Part shown: in pieces, positions 10,923-23,579 of the stretch
Layout: every line of letters begins with the position of its first letter
How positions within the stretch are numbered: the stretch's first letter is position 1
NCBI GenBank assembly: GCA_002269645.1
Contig: NIVC01001503.1
Location: 1-64,000 of the forward strand
Direction of reading: 5' to 3'
Source of the DNA: Macrostomum lignano
Taxonomy: Eukaryota
Length of the DNA stretch: 64,000 bases
Program-made: the position numbers and the translations under genes
Notes under the pieces: generated by a model
The model's input: the letters and a program-made list of their open reading frames with translations, nothing else
The model's database searches: none
What the model was told of the DNA's origin: nothing

Positions 10923-13893
10923 TCCTCTTATATCTATAGTCTAGATTATATGAATAGCTTTCTGAAAAGTGAATTTATGTTTTTAATCTCGAGTATAAGT
11001 TGTTTCTTTAATCTATGATATGAACAATTATTATTTCATAATTTAAAACCATTTATACTTGTGCTATATAATTTGATATATTTGCACTAGCATAGGCCTA
11101 GGTTTCCCTGTTAGAATTTTTGCTCAAAATGCATAGACGAAAATTAGGATTTTAATATTTATAGTCCCTAATTAAAAGGGATGGCAATAAACATATTGGT
11201 TATTATAATTTTGAGCTACTTTACTATGTAAGGGCCTATCACACAATGCCATAATTGGTGTAATGTAGACTAAAGTACTATAAAACCTTGGTGAAATGCA
11301 ATATATTAGAAAGGCAATAAACATAAAAATGTCAGTTTTTATCAAACTAAATTGCTAGTATAATGCAACATGCCATGCTACAACCTAGCACCCTAGTGCA
11401 ATAATCTTTAGCATGATATGACAAGTGACTAATTAAGTATATGAATAATTTATATAATACTAATCAATTTATCTATCTATGAAAAAGAGGATATAAAAAT
11501 TATTTTCAACAAGAGTGATATTCACATTCACTTCAGTTTGTATTATAATTTTTTCTATAAAATATACCATGTTTATCATAAAATAAATTTTTTTGCTTTA
11601 AATCTTAGATTAACCCAACCGATCAAATCAAAGGAGTTGTAAGAACCTTTCAGTTGAATAGTTTCGAGGTCCAAAAGGGTCTGTCAACTTAGCCTAGGCT
11701 CATAAAGTGGAGCCCGACACCCAAGAAACATATGTACATTGTACACAAATGATACGCTATTCTGCTCACAGTGACACCAGAAAGCTGGACTTGAGAAAAA
11801 AATTACAAAAATTGAACCTGGGATAAAAGAGAACAATCAAGGGGACAATTAGGGACTCCACCTGATAAGCTTAAGTTTACATGATGAATGATAGTAATCA
11901 TTGTTCTTAGAAATTATACTTTTTAAACTAGAAAATATCTTTAGCAGCAACACGTAAATTAGGCTGAAAAAAGTATTCACCAAACATTTTTTAAATACAT
12001 CAAGATTTTTTAGATTTTTTATTTAGTGATGTACAAACAAATAAAATATTTTGTTTTAGCCAACAATTTAAATTATAAAACCGTTGGAAATTTTTTCCAC
12101 CTTAGGCCCCCCCCTCTACTACACTAGTGAAGGCCTAGTGAAGTGGGCTGATTGGCAAATCCAGGGGCCATAGTCCTCTCAGCTAGGATCGAAATAAATC
12201 GCCACATTTTTTCTTGTTCTGACGACTTTTGACCTAATTATACTACTTTTAGTCGCTTTTCGAATGTTGTACTAAGTCCAAGGGCCTATATACTATATTT
12301 GTTGCTTAGGCCGTAGGGCCTATTCTACTATACTAGGTGGGCCTAATTGTTTGCATCATAATTGTTTTGAAATTTTTTTTTAAATTTGATTTTTTATGCA
12401 TATTGGCAAGTTATAAAACCTTTATTTAAATATATAGCATTTAGTAAATTAAATTGACAACTTTTAAACTAGCCAAGGCTAAAGATTTAAGTTATTATTA
12501 TTAAGTCTAAGACTAATTTAACTAATAAAATTTAGTTAATATTAGTTATTTAGTCAGGTAAAATTAATTAAAAGATTTTGATATTATAATTGAGACAAAA
12601 TTGGCTAGGCCTAGGCCTATTAAAATTTCTTAATCCCATCAAATAAGATTGCTAAAAATAATATAATATTTTGTCTTTAGTTTTATAATTTAAGGCTAAC
12701 TTAATTTAGTTTAGTAACTGCAATTAGTTATAATTTAGTTTGGTTTAAAATAGGGTTTAAAAAACTTTTTATCTGTAGTGTAAGGCAAAATAAAGAACCT
12801 AATATTTGATTGATAATTGCAAGCTAGTGTAAGAAAAAGAAAGAGAAGAGACATAAGAAATAGGTAAGAAAGGAAAAACATAACAAGGTAAAAAGTGAGA
12901 AGACTAGGGCCTTAATAAGAGAAAAAAGACGCAAAAAGGAAAGAAAATAGAAAAAAGAGAAAAAAAGCAAAACAAAGAAAGTGTAGATTAGAGAACAAAG
13001 AGCTAAGAAGAAAGGCAAATCTTGAATAAGCCTGATTGCCATTGTAACATTTCAAAGGACTTAAAGGCTGGATAGAATGGCTTTGTAAGCTGCATATGGC
13101 CTATAGGCCATGGCTTTATAAGCTGCATATGGCCTATAGGCTAGAGTCTGCTGACCCTTGGACTTGGTCTATGTTGGCATGGCCTAATGATGATTTCCTA
13201 TTTAATATTCATTTAACCTTTAATGTCTTTTTTGCTCTTTATAATAAAGCTTTCAGTTTTTATATGATAAATTGGTTTCTTTGTCTAATCCTAAAAGAAT
13301 AAAAAAGAGGATGAAAGTACTACAAGAGAATACAATACAATATTTAGGTAGTTAAATAGATATTTAAGGTATTAAATATTTAGATATAAAATATTTAGTA
13401 AAATATTTAGATTTATCAATATAGGTAGGCCTAATGATATATAGTATATACATTTGGCAAAAATTCAATCAAAATTGCTTAAGAATTGCAATCTCTAGAG
13501 CATTATAGACAAGTAAACATACAAACAAATATTAGAGATTTAGTATAACTTTAGTATAACTTTGTTAGTTATTTTAGAAGTCCCATCATAATACTTCTAT
13601 TGGTTTATTAGGCACTTGATAAGACAAGTTATTTCTATTCATGGTTGACAAAGTAACAAGTGTTATATCTTAAATCTTAGGTGAATGTTTTTTATATCAC
13701 AATTGTGTGTCTCTAGAGTTGACAATTTATTTTTAAAAAAATAAAGAGACAAACTTATGGCCATGGAATCTATATATGTAATGTTTGTTTTCCATGGATA
13801 TAATTCTGAGATGTCCTTGTAACTGTAGTTGGCATAATATCCCACTGCAGCTTGTTGCCATATGCTATACAAACACAAATTTCAGGACTCAGA
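10481..13893. other. AT-rich, CpG-depleted domain between divergent Sec24 and NF-YB (probable bidirectional promoter region)
   Basis: About 15 CpG in 3.4 kb by eye. I saw none in 10481-10989 or ~12932-13893. Flanking exons are CpG-dense. Confidence 0.8.
12755..13140 (+). mobile_element. Heavily GC-eroded copy of the hAT-type MITE
   Basis: cttgaataagcctgattgccattgtaacatttcaaaggacttaaaggctgga aligns to cttgagcgggccggattgctattgtgaagtttcaaaggacccgagggccgga of the other copies, mostly by G>A/C>T changes. Confidence 0.7.
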
Positions 13894-14422
13894 CGAGCAC
13901 TCTGGCTCCGGGTTTGGGGCAACGCCAGGCGCGACAGCCAACGCCGGAGGAGGCAGTCTGGACGATGGCCGACCGATTGGCCGGTGCTCGCCAATCCGGG
14001 ACCAGGACCGCTTCCTGCCCATTGCCAACATATCGAAGATTATGAAGCGAACAATACCGGAGACTGGCAAAATCACTAAAGAGGCGAAAGAGTGCGTGCA
14101 AGAGTGTGTGTCCGAGTTTATCTCCTTTGTCACGTCCGAAGCGTCGGACAGATGCCAGGAGGAGAAGCGGAAGACAATGAACGGCGAGGACATCCTGACG
14201 GCGATGCAGGCTGTCGGCCTAGACAGTTACATTGAGCCGCTGAAAGTCTACCTGATGAAGTATCGGGAGGCCAATAAATTGGAGGCGGCCAACGAACGGG
14301 CCGCCAATCCGCAGGGCGGCGGCGGCACCGGAGCAGCGGGCGGAGCCAGCGGCGGTGGCGGTGACGACGGCGCTGTGGGTGGAGGCGGAGCCGGCGGCAC
14401 CGTGTTTGTCTCTTTCAACTGA
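13862..14422 (+). CDS. NFYB: Nuclear transcription factor Y subunit beta (histone fold)
   Basis: [17 protein letters not shown]...[43 protein letters not shown]. The true start is uncertain (acceptor-like tttcag ends at 13885). AATAAA at 14501. Confidence 0.95.
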   Translation: MLYKHKFQDSDEHSGSGFGATPGATANAGGGSLDDGRPIGRCSPIRDQDRFLPIANISKIMKRTIPETGKITKEAKECVQECVSEFISFVTSEASDRCQEEKRKTMNGEDILTAMQAVGLDSYIEPLKVYLMKYREANKLEAANERAANPQGGGGTGAAGGASGGGGDDGAVGGGGAGGTVFVSFN

Positions 14423-14781
14423 CAGATGCAGGCAGCCTTCCTGTTCCCTCCCTTGCTCCTCCTTAATGTTTCTGCCAATTGTCAAAAGCACCTTTATTAC
14501 AATAAAAATACTACAAAAATCGGGTGGGCCGCTCAGCAGATTTGCTTACATGCTACTACTGTCAGTTCAGTAGAAAGCTAAATAGAACCTTATTTAATTT
14601 ACGAAATACTTCAGCACCGGAACCTATTTGACCCTATTACCCGCCAGCTGAACCCTGCGACCGCCTTTTGCCACACAAAATTTCTGCCCCGCCGCTAATG
14701 TACATGAGATTCAGCCAATGTACACTTTCCTTAATTGCTACTCAGGCAATAGTAATAAAGAATCTGTTTTTTCCCAAAGGA

Positions 14782-15085
14782 GGGGTTGTAGCTTAGTTAG
14801 AGCGTCGGACTCACGACTGATAGATAGGTCGGGGGTTCGATTCTCGACCCACTCGGAACAATTTGTATCCTTGAGCAAGACACTTAACTCTGCATTGCTT
14901 CAGTTCACCCAGCTGTAAAATGGGTGCCAGCATTAGCTGGGGTAATTGAGGCTGTGTGGCGACCCCCCAGTCCTTGGACTGAACAGCCGTACGCAGCCTT
15001 CAGATGCGCCGCGCAATAGCTGCGGCTGAGCTGTTTATTGCACATCTGCACATTGGGGCAGGTGTAATCAATTATTATTAATTTT
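14782..15085 (+). mobile_element. Full-length tRNA-derived CORE-type SINE
   Basis: A-box-like tagcttagttagag and B-box ggttcgattct. The CORE-like segment ccttgagcaagacacttaactc...cagttcacccagctgtaaaatggg resembles the MIR core. It ends in an att-rich tail. Confidence 0.85.
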
Positions 15086-15511
15086 ATTACAATTAATATT
15101 TTACCAAGCAAATACGCCTAAGTGGCCCATCTAGTTATGTGGTGGTTATTAATAGGAAGGATGAAATGATAAATAATATTTCTGGTTAGTAGTATATGAG
15201 ATGTTTTGCATAAGATTCTTAGGATCTTAACAGAAACCATCCCAGAGTCAGAAGAAAGCATAAATGAAAGGCACTTCTAGGTTTTTGGGCTAGCTGGTGA
15301 TGTACAAAGGAAATTCGTCAGACTTAAGTGCTTGACATTTTCATAGTTGAATTGAAACTATTTAATTTAATTTGTTTTATAAAATTCTGAGCTGCTACCT
15401 GCTAGTGAATTCTAATTAGTGTTTACCCTGCTACTTCCACTGACTTGCTATGCACACTCATTAGTACATATGTACACTCTAATAATCACGCTAAACTCCA
15501 TTCGTTTAATT

Positions 15512-15705
15512 TAGAGGTCGGCAAACTTTTTTACCTCAAGGCCAGAGAGAGGAAAGGAGAAGGAATGGAAGATGAGAGGGGAGAGATAGCATGAGAGAAG
15601 AGATAAGAGGAAAGAGAGAGCTGAGAAGAGACAGAAACCTTGAGCGGGCCGGATCGCTATTGTGAAGTTTCAAAGGACTCGAGGGTCGAAGTTTGCCGAC
15701 CTGCT
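15512..15705 (+). mobile_element. hAT-type MITE, short internally deleted copy
   Basis: Inverted ends aggtcggcaaact / agtttgccgacct. The internal sequence is shared with the other copies. No clear TSD. Confidence 0.75.
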
Positions 15706-16136
15706 TTAAACTAAAACTGTTGTCCTTCATGATAAACCTGAATACGAGAAGCCCCCTGTCCCTCCAGATGTTTTGCATTTCTTGATTACCACCATTATTA
15801 CTGCCCTAAGCGATTTTTAAACACAAATAATATAATCCTTTCTCCTTCGTGTTGTTCTTTTGTTTGACTGTAATTTATAGTGTTTGATAGTAAAAATTGT
15901 TGTATTTACGTATGATATTGATAGCTTATTATATAATTAATTGTTATTTGTCTGTTTGCACCAATAGTTGCACTATAATATGTTATATATAATTTATAAT
16001 ATAATAATTATTCATATCAACTTGCGCTCTGGACGAATACTCTTCTAGCGCGCTGTGTACAGTGGCTAAATGTGACGCTTATTATTATTTTATTTGTCTA
16101 TTTAACAAGGAGTAACATTGCTAGCAACAGCAATGT

Positions 16137-16645
16137 CTCATCATTAGCCAGGCTAGCTCTGGTTTAGCCTCAGCCAGCTGCCATCATTAGCCAGGCAGCT
16201 CTGGTTTAGCCTCAGCCAGCTGGCATCATTAGCCAGGCTAGCTCTGGTTTAGCCTCAGCCAGCTGGCATCATTAGCCAGGCTGGCTCTGGTTTAGCCTCA
16301 GCCAGCTGGCATCATTAGCCAGGCTGGCTCTGGTTTAGCCTCAGCCAGCCGGCATCATTAGCCAGGCTGGCTCTGGTAGCCTCAGCCAGCTGGCTATGCC
16401 AGGCTGGCTCTGGTTTAGTCTCAGCCAGCTGGCATCATTAGCCAGGCTGGCTCTGGTTTAGCCTCAGCCAGCTGGCATCATTAGCCAGGCTGGCTCTGGT
16501 TTAGCCTCAGCCAGCTGGCATCATTAGCCAGGCTGGCTCTGGTTTAGCCTCAGCCAGCTGGCATCATTAGCCAGGCTTGCTCTGGTTTAGCCTCAGCCAG
16601 CTGGCATCATTAGCCAGGCTGGCTCTGGTTTAGCCTCAGCCAGCC
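16137..16645. repeat. Minisatellite, 43 bp unit (gcatcattagccaggctggctctggtttagcctcagccagctg)
   Basis: About 12 units. The unit is a 20+23 dimer, each half beginning ttagcc. It ends about 45 bp before the AG at 16691-16692. Confidence 0.95.
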
Positions 16646-16704
16646 CCAGTATGTTTGGCATCGAATCGTGACTACTCTTTGCCTGCTTGCAGACTCTTTG
16701 AGCG

Positions 16705-19210
16705 ATGCCGAACTACTGCCAGTGCCCGCCAGATCATTCCGGCCTCTGGGCCTCCGTGTACGTCGCTGGGGTGCCGTATTCGAAGTCCGCCCGCTCCCGT
16801 GTTCAAATTTTTTTCTCGGCCGCCGGCCGAATCATGTCCGTTCGAGTTTGCGCTCCGAGAAAGGATAATTTTGGGGGGTGAGTGCAACTGTCCAATTCGG
16901 GCTGGTATTGTAAAGTCCTGAAGTTATTCATGAGACTTCTCCGATTAGACACCAGTGAAGATTTCATTTCTTAGCGATCTGTGTGATATAATCCCATCAT
17001 AACCATTTATGGAAAGTTTATCTCATCATAACTAACGATTTATGGGGTGGGGATTTTATCCCGTAATAACGAACCATTTATGGGGATTTTATCCCATCAT
17101 AACAACATTTATGGGGAGTTTATCCCATCATAAATAACCATATATGGGGAGTGTATCCCATCAAATGAATATTTTCTACTTCCGCTTTCTTCGCCCTGCC
17201 TCTGCATTCTCTCGCGTCGCCACCCTGCACCGCAGGACCGGCTTCGCTTTCGTTGACTTCGCCTGTGCGCACGGCGCCTACGCCGCTGTGCTGCGATTTA
17301 ATGGCAGCGAATTTCACGGCTGCCGCCTCTCAGTCCAGCTGGCTGAGAGCGGCCTCCGCAACCAGCTGCAGCCGGCGCCATGGTCTCTGGCTGGCGGCGC
17401 TGTCAATGGGCGCCAGAAGGAGTCCAGCATCTATCTGGTGAATGCCCGCGCCCTGAGTCGACAGCACCTATTTACAGAGGTGCTCAAACTGGTTAAGCCG
17501 CTGGGCAAGATCGGACAGATTAAGATTAATTGGAATCCTGTCCGAGAGTTGTGGAATGCCTTCGTCTATTCGCCTGGTGAGCGCCGCTGGTGTTTGATGT
17601 TCGATTCTTGACTTGTCTGGCATTTTCTGCTTTTAGATTTCTTTGAAGGAAATTGGATTTTTCAGCAACCTCTTCAATGATCATCGGGAATTTAGCACCC
17701 TGCTTGTACAGAAAAGAGTGACACTATCTAAAGTTGAGTTTATAAAAATGAGCAGTAACTGAGGCGCAAGATCCAGACGGTTGTATTTATAAGACATTAA
17801 CTAGGGCGGGGGGGTTTAAGTGCAAGATAAGGAGGGGCAGAGTGCGCGACTAAGGAAAGATGCGAGATTCAAGAGCCAATCAGAAGGCAACGAGGGACAG
17901 AGATAAGAATAACAAGATTAGACTGGCCAGAGAGGGAGAAAAGACAAAGTAAACAGAGACAAGTGCAGATAAACTAAAAAATGACAAAGATTCAGAAAAT
18001 CGCGACACCCCTGTTACTTGTACAGTCAGGAATGTCAAATTCGGGCCATAGACAGATTCCTAGGTCCCAATTTATGCCCGTATTTACTGTTAGAAGGGCC
18101 ATAGGTTTGCTGATTTTTATGCAAACTTATATAATAATAATAATAATTGATTACACCTGCCCCAACAGGAAGATTTGCAACCAACAGCTCAGCCGCGGCT
18201 GTTACGCATCTGAAGGCTGCGTACGGCTGTTCAGTCCAAGGACTGGGGGGTCGCCACACACCCTCAATTATCCCAGCTAATGCTGGAACCAATTTTACAG
18301 CTGGTTGAACTGAAGCAATGCAGAGTTAAGTGTCTTGCTCAAGGACACAAATTGTTTCGGGTGGTTTGAGAATCGAACCCAGACCTTTCAGTTGATATTT
18401 TAGTATCGATACAATATATAAGACAATATACGAGTACTTGGTGTTTTGGAAGTCGCATGCTTTCTGTATCTGTAGCATAAAACATTTATTGCTTAAATCC
18501 AAAAGTAAGCCGCTTTGAGAATACCTCCTACCCCCAGACAAGTTTAAACAGACTTAACCAGAAAAAAGAGTTTTGTGGATTCCCAGAATCGACTGAGCTA
18601 AGGTTGTCCTTCCCGATCTGCAGATCCCAGCTTCGCCGAGCGCGCCGTCTCCAAGCTGAAGGGCGTCCGAATCTTGGACTCTGAGGTGGAAATTGGCGCC
18701 TTCAGGCAGGCCGAGTCGCGCCCAGTGAAAACCGGTCGCGGCGGCGGCGGCGGAGCTGGCGGAAAGCCCGACGCCATGTCGCAGCCGCTGTGCGAGCTAT
18801 CCGAAGCTGAGCTGCTTCATCAGCGCCGGTTGGCAGTTGAGGCTGGCACCGGCTTCGCTGCCGATAATCCGCTCCTGTCGAACAGTCGGGCAAGCCAACG
18901 GCTCAAGCGCGTTGTTGACCGCCTAGCAGAGCTGCTCTGCCTGGTCCCGTTCCAGGCCAGTCGGCTGCTGCTGCTGCCAGACACTGAGCCGCCGCAGCTC
19001 ACTTTGATGAAGGCCTCGAAGTCCAAGACAATGACAACTGGTGCGTCGGCAACTTCAGCGTCAACGGTGCCAAAGTCTAGAGACGCATCATCGGCGATCG
19101 AGGAGACCAGCGAGCTGGAGATCAATTACCGGCTGATGTGCTCTGGGGAGCAGTTTGCTCGCTCATCCGACCTGCTGGCCGCCCAGTGCGCCGCCGAGGA
19201 CTGGCAGTGA
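16705..19210 (+). CDS. RNA-binding protein with two RRM-like domains, 3 exons
   Basis: Exons 16705-16877, 17236-17576, 18624-19210 join in frame via GT-AG. RNP2-like VYVAGVP and RNP1 TGFAFVDF. A second RRM-like unit runs SIYLVN...AERAVSKLKGVRILDSEVEI. Confidence 0.75.
16990..17165. repeat. Degenerate minisatellite, ~29-34 bp unit with internal dyad (tttatcccatcataa...tttatgggga)
   Basis: About 5-6 units in intron 1 of the RRM gene. Confidence 0.75.
18125..18392 (-). mobile_element. CORE-type SINE copy (5' slightly truncated)
   Basis: Reverse complement of the 14782 copy, from the tail (taataataa) to the B box (gaatcgaaccc). Confidence 0.85.
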
Positions 19211-21593
19211 AAGTGTTACACTGACCTTGGTAAGAAGTTCCAATTCACTGCTTAGAAGATTCGCAGAGAGAGTAGGCCTTTTGTTGTATAATAACCAATT
19301 ACTTATTTTAAGTAGTATGGTTTTATTAAAATTGCATGCGTTGCATTTTTCCGTTCCCAGTTTTTATTGTCGTTTCTCTACTGCAAAATCAGACCTGCCA
19401 AGCCTCTCTATCCGGTCCTCGGGTCCTTTAAAACTTCACAATAGTTTAGATTAGCAAACCATAACCCGGCTTGCGAAACCTAAGATCCCTTGCGAGAACA
19501 GGACCTGTTTAAGTGCAGTTGGAACTTTTATAGTGCTCCCAGTGATAAACTTAAACAGGAAATCAGGAAAACAGGACAACAGGAAAGATAGAGAGGTATG
19601 GAAATTCTTGCAAACTTCGCCAAAGACATGACACAAGCCGGAATACGATTGTCCTGAGGCTTCACATTCGTACTGCAAAGATCAGCTTGAATAGTCTGTT
19701 TGCGCACGAGACTTTAACGCCCGTTCGTCAGGAAATTTTTTTATTCATTATCTTATTGCATTCGTTTAAAATGATATTATACAGTGTAAAATTCAGCACC
19801 CTCTTGGGGAGAGCATTTAATAATTAATAATCATTATAATCCTCACTCAGCTCTATTCTATCCTCTGTCATCTTCTCTGTCATCTATTCCCTCTCCTTTC
19901 TGGCAATAATACTAATACTATTGTATATTGTAATTAGTAAATAAAAATCGCATTTAATGTCAAGTTTTCTATTGTTCAAATAAATAAGCTCAACGAGCTG
20001 CGCGCATTTTCGACAAGCAACTATTAAAATATCATTTATAGCATATCCGATTTGATTTTATTTTGATATACACAAACTTATTTATTCACTTCTAATTTGA
20101 TTGAGAGGTAGATGAAGAGAGCTCTCAAAACTGCGCGAAGTACTTTTGTGTACAGAAGAAAAGAAAGCAGAGTTGTTAGCTTTTTATGCACACGATCAAT
20201 TTAAAGTAGAATGGCCCTATTCATGGGAGCAAGATCATGATTACAATAGGAGCGAGCCAGGCCTCACTGCGTGGGCCATTGAATCATTCTTTTTCGCTTT
20301 CGACAGTGCGACTGACTGGTTCGAAGGTACGCCAGTGCAAACGAAAGATTTATACGAGCGGGGCGCAAGGCAAGCTCAGAGAAAGGTGGACGAGAATTAA
20401 CAAGCATTTTTGAGAACTGAAGAATAGCCTGTCTAATGGAGAGCCTGGGCTTAGGGCTCAAATTGTTATTACAAGCAAGTGTACACATACTTTTGGTGCT
20501 GTAATACTTTGAAAACATTCACAAATAGTATCGTACGTGCATAGGCATTGCTGCAGATTAGCAAACAGATTTTTCAACTGTTTCAAATGAGCAAGGGCAT
20601 ATATGTGACTCAATATAACCAATATAAGAGCCGTACGCTCGTAGCAGGACTCAAAATCAACATGTAAAGCGTTGAACAAAAGTCAACAAACGACAAGCTT
20701 TGAGTATAAAAAAGCCATTAGACTTTATCAACTACGGACAGGTTTCCTCAGATTATACTTACAAAAATTGTTTGTCTTCATATTTATATCCATTTTCGTA
20801 GCGAAACAAGGATATAAATACGGGTAAAACTTACTGTACACTTGATTTAGTGTGCGAGTTACTTTAAAGTCGACCAGATATTTTATTCTGAACTATAGCA
20901 AGTTCTCGGGCCATCTTAGCGGGCCCTCAGCATCAGATGAAAGTCAAACCAGGGTTTTAGTCATTGACTGTCCCTGATTTTGCTTCACACGGAAAGAAAA
21001 CTGGCATGGCTAACAGTTCATGTGCAGCTATGAGATATAGTTGCTCGTGCGAGAAGATACGTACATGTAATATGGTCTGAGAAATGCTACATTAGACATA
21101 TGGAGGGAGACACTTCCACGCAAAATGGACCTCGACTTCTGCTGCTGATCCAAGGTTTGCTGCTGCAGTCAGGTGAAGGTCTGCTGTATCCGTGCAAAGT
21201 CGCTTTTTGAATGCTGGCCCTCAGAACTCTACGGCCCTATACGAGTATAGCAAGTCAGAAAGCTTTTCGTATTGTCTATGGCCTAACCCATTCTGTAGGC
21301 ATTTAACTTTGGATGTCTGTTTCCTGCAACTTTGTAGCTAGTTAGCTAGCCAGCTAGGCCAGATAAATTCTACAACGCTTTTAATTGGTCGAGCCATTTA
21401 TTTGGCCCGGTCAGATAAATTAACCATAGACTAAAAGACCGGGACCTAAAGGGGGATAAATTCTGAAAGCTGCTGAGCTTCTAGATGTCTAAAAATCGAT
21501 TCGGCCTCCAAATTTCGGGGTCGTGTCCACTTCCATACATCCAAGCGGTGTTTCCAGGCCGGTCAGAGTTGGGGGCAACAGCTTATCCTGGGG

Positions 21594-22906
21594 TCAAACT
21601 CGCCAGTAATCCGGAGCCGGTTGTGGCGGACTCCTACTACCCAGTGTGACATCGGCGTTGTACCGACTGCGCACCGCTGGAGGTCCGGCTGCGCCGCTAC
21701 TGAATCCGTTCTGGTAGTGTGGTTGCTGCTGCGGTTGGTACTGCAGATGCCGCGACAGCTTGGGGTGGTGATGGTGGTACATCTTAGTGTCCGAATAAGT
21801 GTATGTGTGCATACTCTTGGCGCCGTTGACAGCGACTGATCTGGACGATTGCGGAGTCGTCGTGTTGACTGTTAGCGCCGATGTCGCGGCCGAAGCAGAT
21901 GAGCGTGAGCGCGACACCGAGTGCCGACTCGAGGATTTGATGCCAAACAACCGCCTCAGCGAGAAACGCTTGGATCCGCCGCTTCCTTGCGCAGGCGCGG
22001 ACGCGGTTGTTGCCGCGGCTGGCAGCTGCTGACGATGCTGGAGCCCATCGCCGGTGACCAGCGGGCGAGTGTGCACCGCCCGGTGCAGCACAGCCGATGG
22101 CTGCAGACTGCGGCGCTGGTCGTGGCCTTCATGAGGATGATCGAAGTCAGAAGTTGAACGCGATGGAGGCGGCGGCAGCGGCTGCCCTCTGCCTGGCCAA
22201 GGACCGCGGGGCGCCATGGTGAAAATCACCCGACCGCCGCCCGTATTCAGCTGTGTGGAGCGGAGAGTTGTGACCATCATTTAGTCAGGCTGGTGTTCCA
22301 ATCGGCTTCAGCATGATTCAGTTTCTACGAGTATCAGATACATGTACCATGTTCTTGAACTTTAGACACTCCTGAAGTCCAGAGCCACCATCCTGAAGTG
22401 TAGGGCTACCCTCTGGAAGTTATATAGAGTCAACCTATGGAAGTGTAGAGCTACCCTCTGGAAGTATAGAGCTACGTACCCTCTGGAAGTGTAGAGCTAC
22501 TCTCTGGAAGTGTACAGCTACCCTCTGGAAGTGTACAGCTACCCTCTGGAAGTGTAGAGCTACCCTCTGGAAGCGTAGAGCTACCCTCTGGAATCGTAGA
22601 GCTACCCTCTGGAATCGTAGAGCTACCCTCTGGAAGAATCTCACTCACCTCAAATTCGCTGTCTGCATCGCCCTGAGCAGCGCTATTGCCGAAGCGCAAT
22701 CGACCTTCGCCATCTCTACGATCGGCGCCGTCAGCCGCCGCCACCGCTGCCTCGTCTTCCTCCGGCAGCAGCCAGTTGCTGCCCCATCCGGCGCCAGCTG
22801 CGCGGGCTTTCGGCGCCGCCAGCGTAACGTCGTCAAATCGACGCTCGTCGGCCGAATTGGTTGGCGGAAACGGCGAGCACCAGCGCCTGTCGTTGGCTGC
22901 CGACAT
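21594..22906 (-). CDS. Uncharacterised low-complexity protein, 2 predicted coding exons
   Basis: Exons 22906-22649 (ATG just after a cag acceptor; donor GAG|GTGAGT) and 22250-21594 (acceptor cacag) join in phase 0. Codon style is GC-rich like the neighbouring genes. No family recognised. Confidence 0.55.
22390..22636. repeat. Minisatellite, 21 bp unit (gtagagctaccctctggaagt), intronic
   Basis: About 11 units ending about 12 bp from the donor at 22648. Confidence 0.9.
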
Positions 22907-23542
22907 TTTCTGAAGTTCTCTCGGCAAACCAGATGCCTTTTGTGAGCTTCACCTTATCCGCTAATAGATTGTGCTTCTTTTATGCTGAAGTCTGTTTTGA
23001 TTCTCTTAACGCCTCCTGCTTTTAGCAATGAATAATAAGTTTTCAAACTCTTCTCTTCACTTTTTAATGGCTTCGCTGCATTTTAGCCAAGTCGAAGGCC
23101 AAGATCGAATGGGATTGGCCCAGCCTGACCTCAGTCAGCTATTCTCGAAGCTGAAAAATATTTGTCTCTTACTTTCTGCGAAATCTAAAAAAGCCCCGAC
23201 AACAGAGTAGAAGTTTCGCCACAATCAGCTCAGGAAAGAAAAAAATTCGTGGGGTAACTAGTGTAGGTAATCCACCCACCTACCCACCCACCCACCTGCC
23301 CTGCTTGACACAGCCTGCCCGCGGGACAAAAAAAACCACAATCCAAGCCGCGCGCACAGAGACCACAGAGAGACAACATCATGGCTTTCTGGAGTAATAC
23401 ACGAGATGGAAAAGCAAAAGACTGAACAAAATAATACAGGCAACGCCCGCGAGCTGAGCACAAAATTTTGTTAACCAGCATCTCATCTGTGGCTGAGTGC
23501 ATTGCCCGGCGATTGCAGAATGAAGTGCAGAGGCAGCCTCAA

Positions 23543-23579
<37 letters not shown>

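Noticed and set aside
14782-14860. tRNA gene
   Set aside because: A/B boxes are present, but no complete cloverleaf was found and the sequence continues into the SINE body in multiple copies.
17705-18024. Solo-LTR-like segment (tgtaca ends, CCAAT, tataaata) in RRM intron 2
   Set aside because: No target-site duplication and no second copy in the window, so it cannot be supported.
20146-20400. 84-aa protein-like ORF (EEKKAELLAFY...WAIESFFFAF)
   Set aside because: No in-frame ATG, no clear splice partners and no recognisable family. It may be a decayed fragment.
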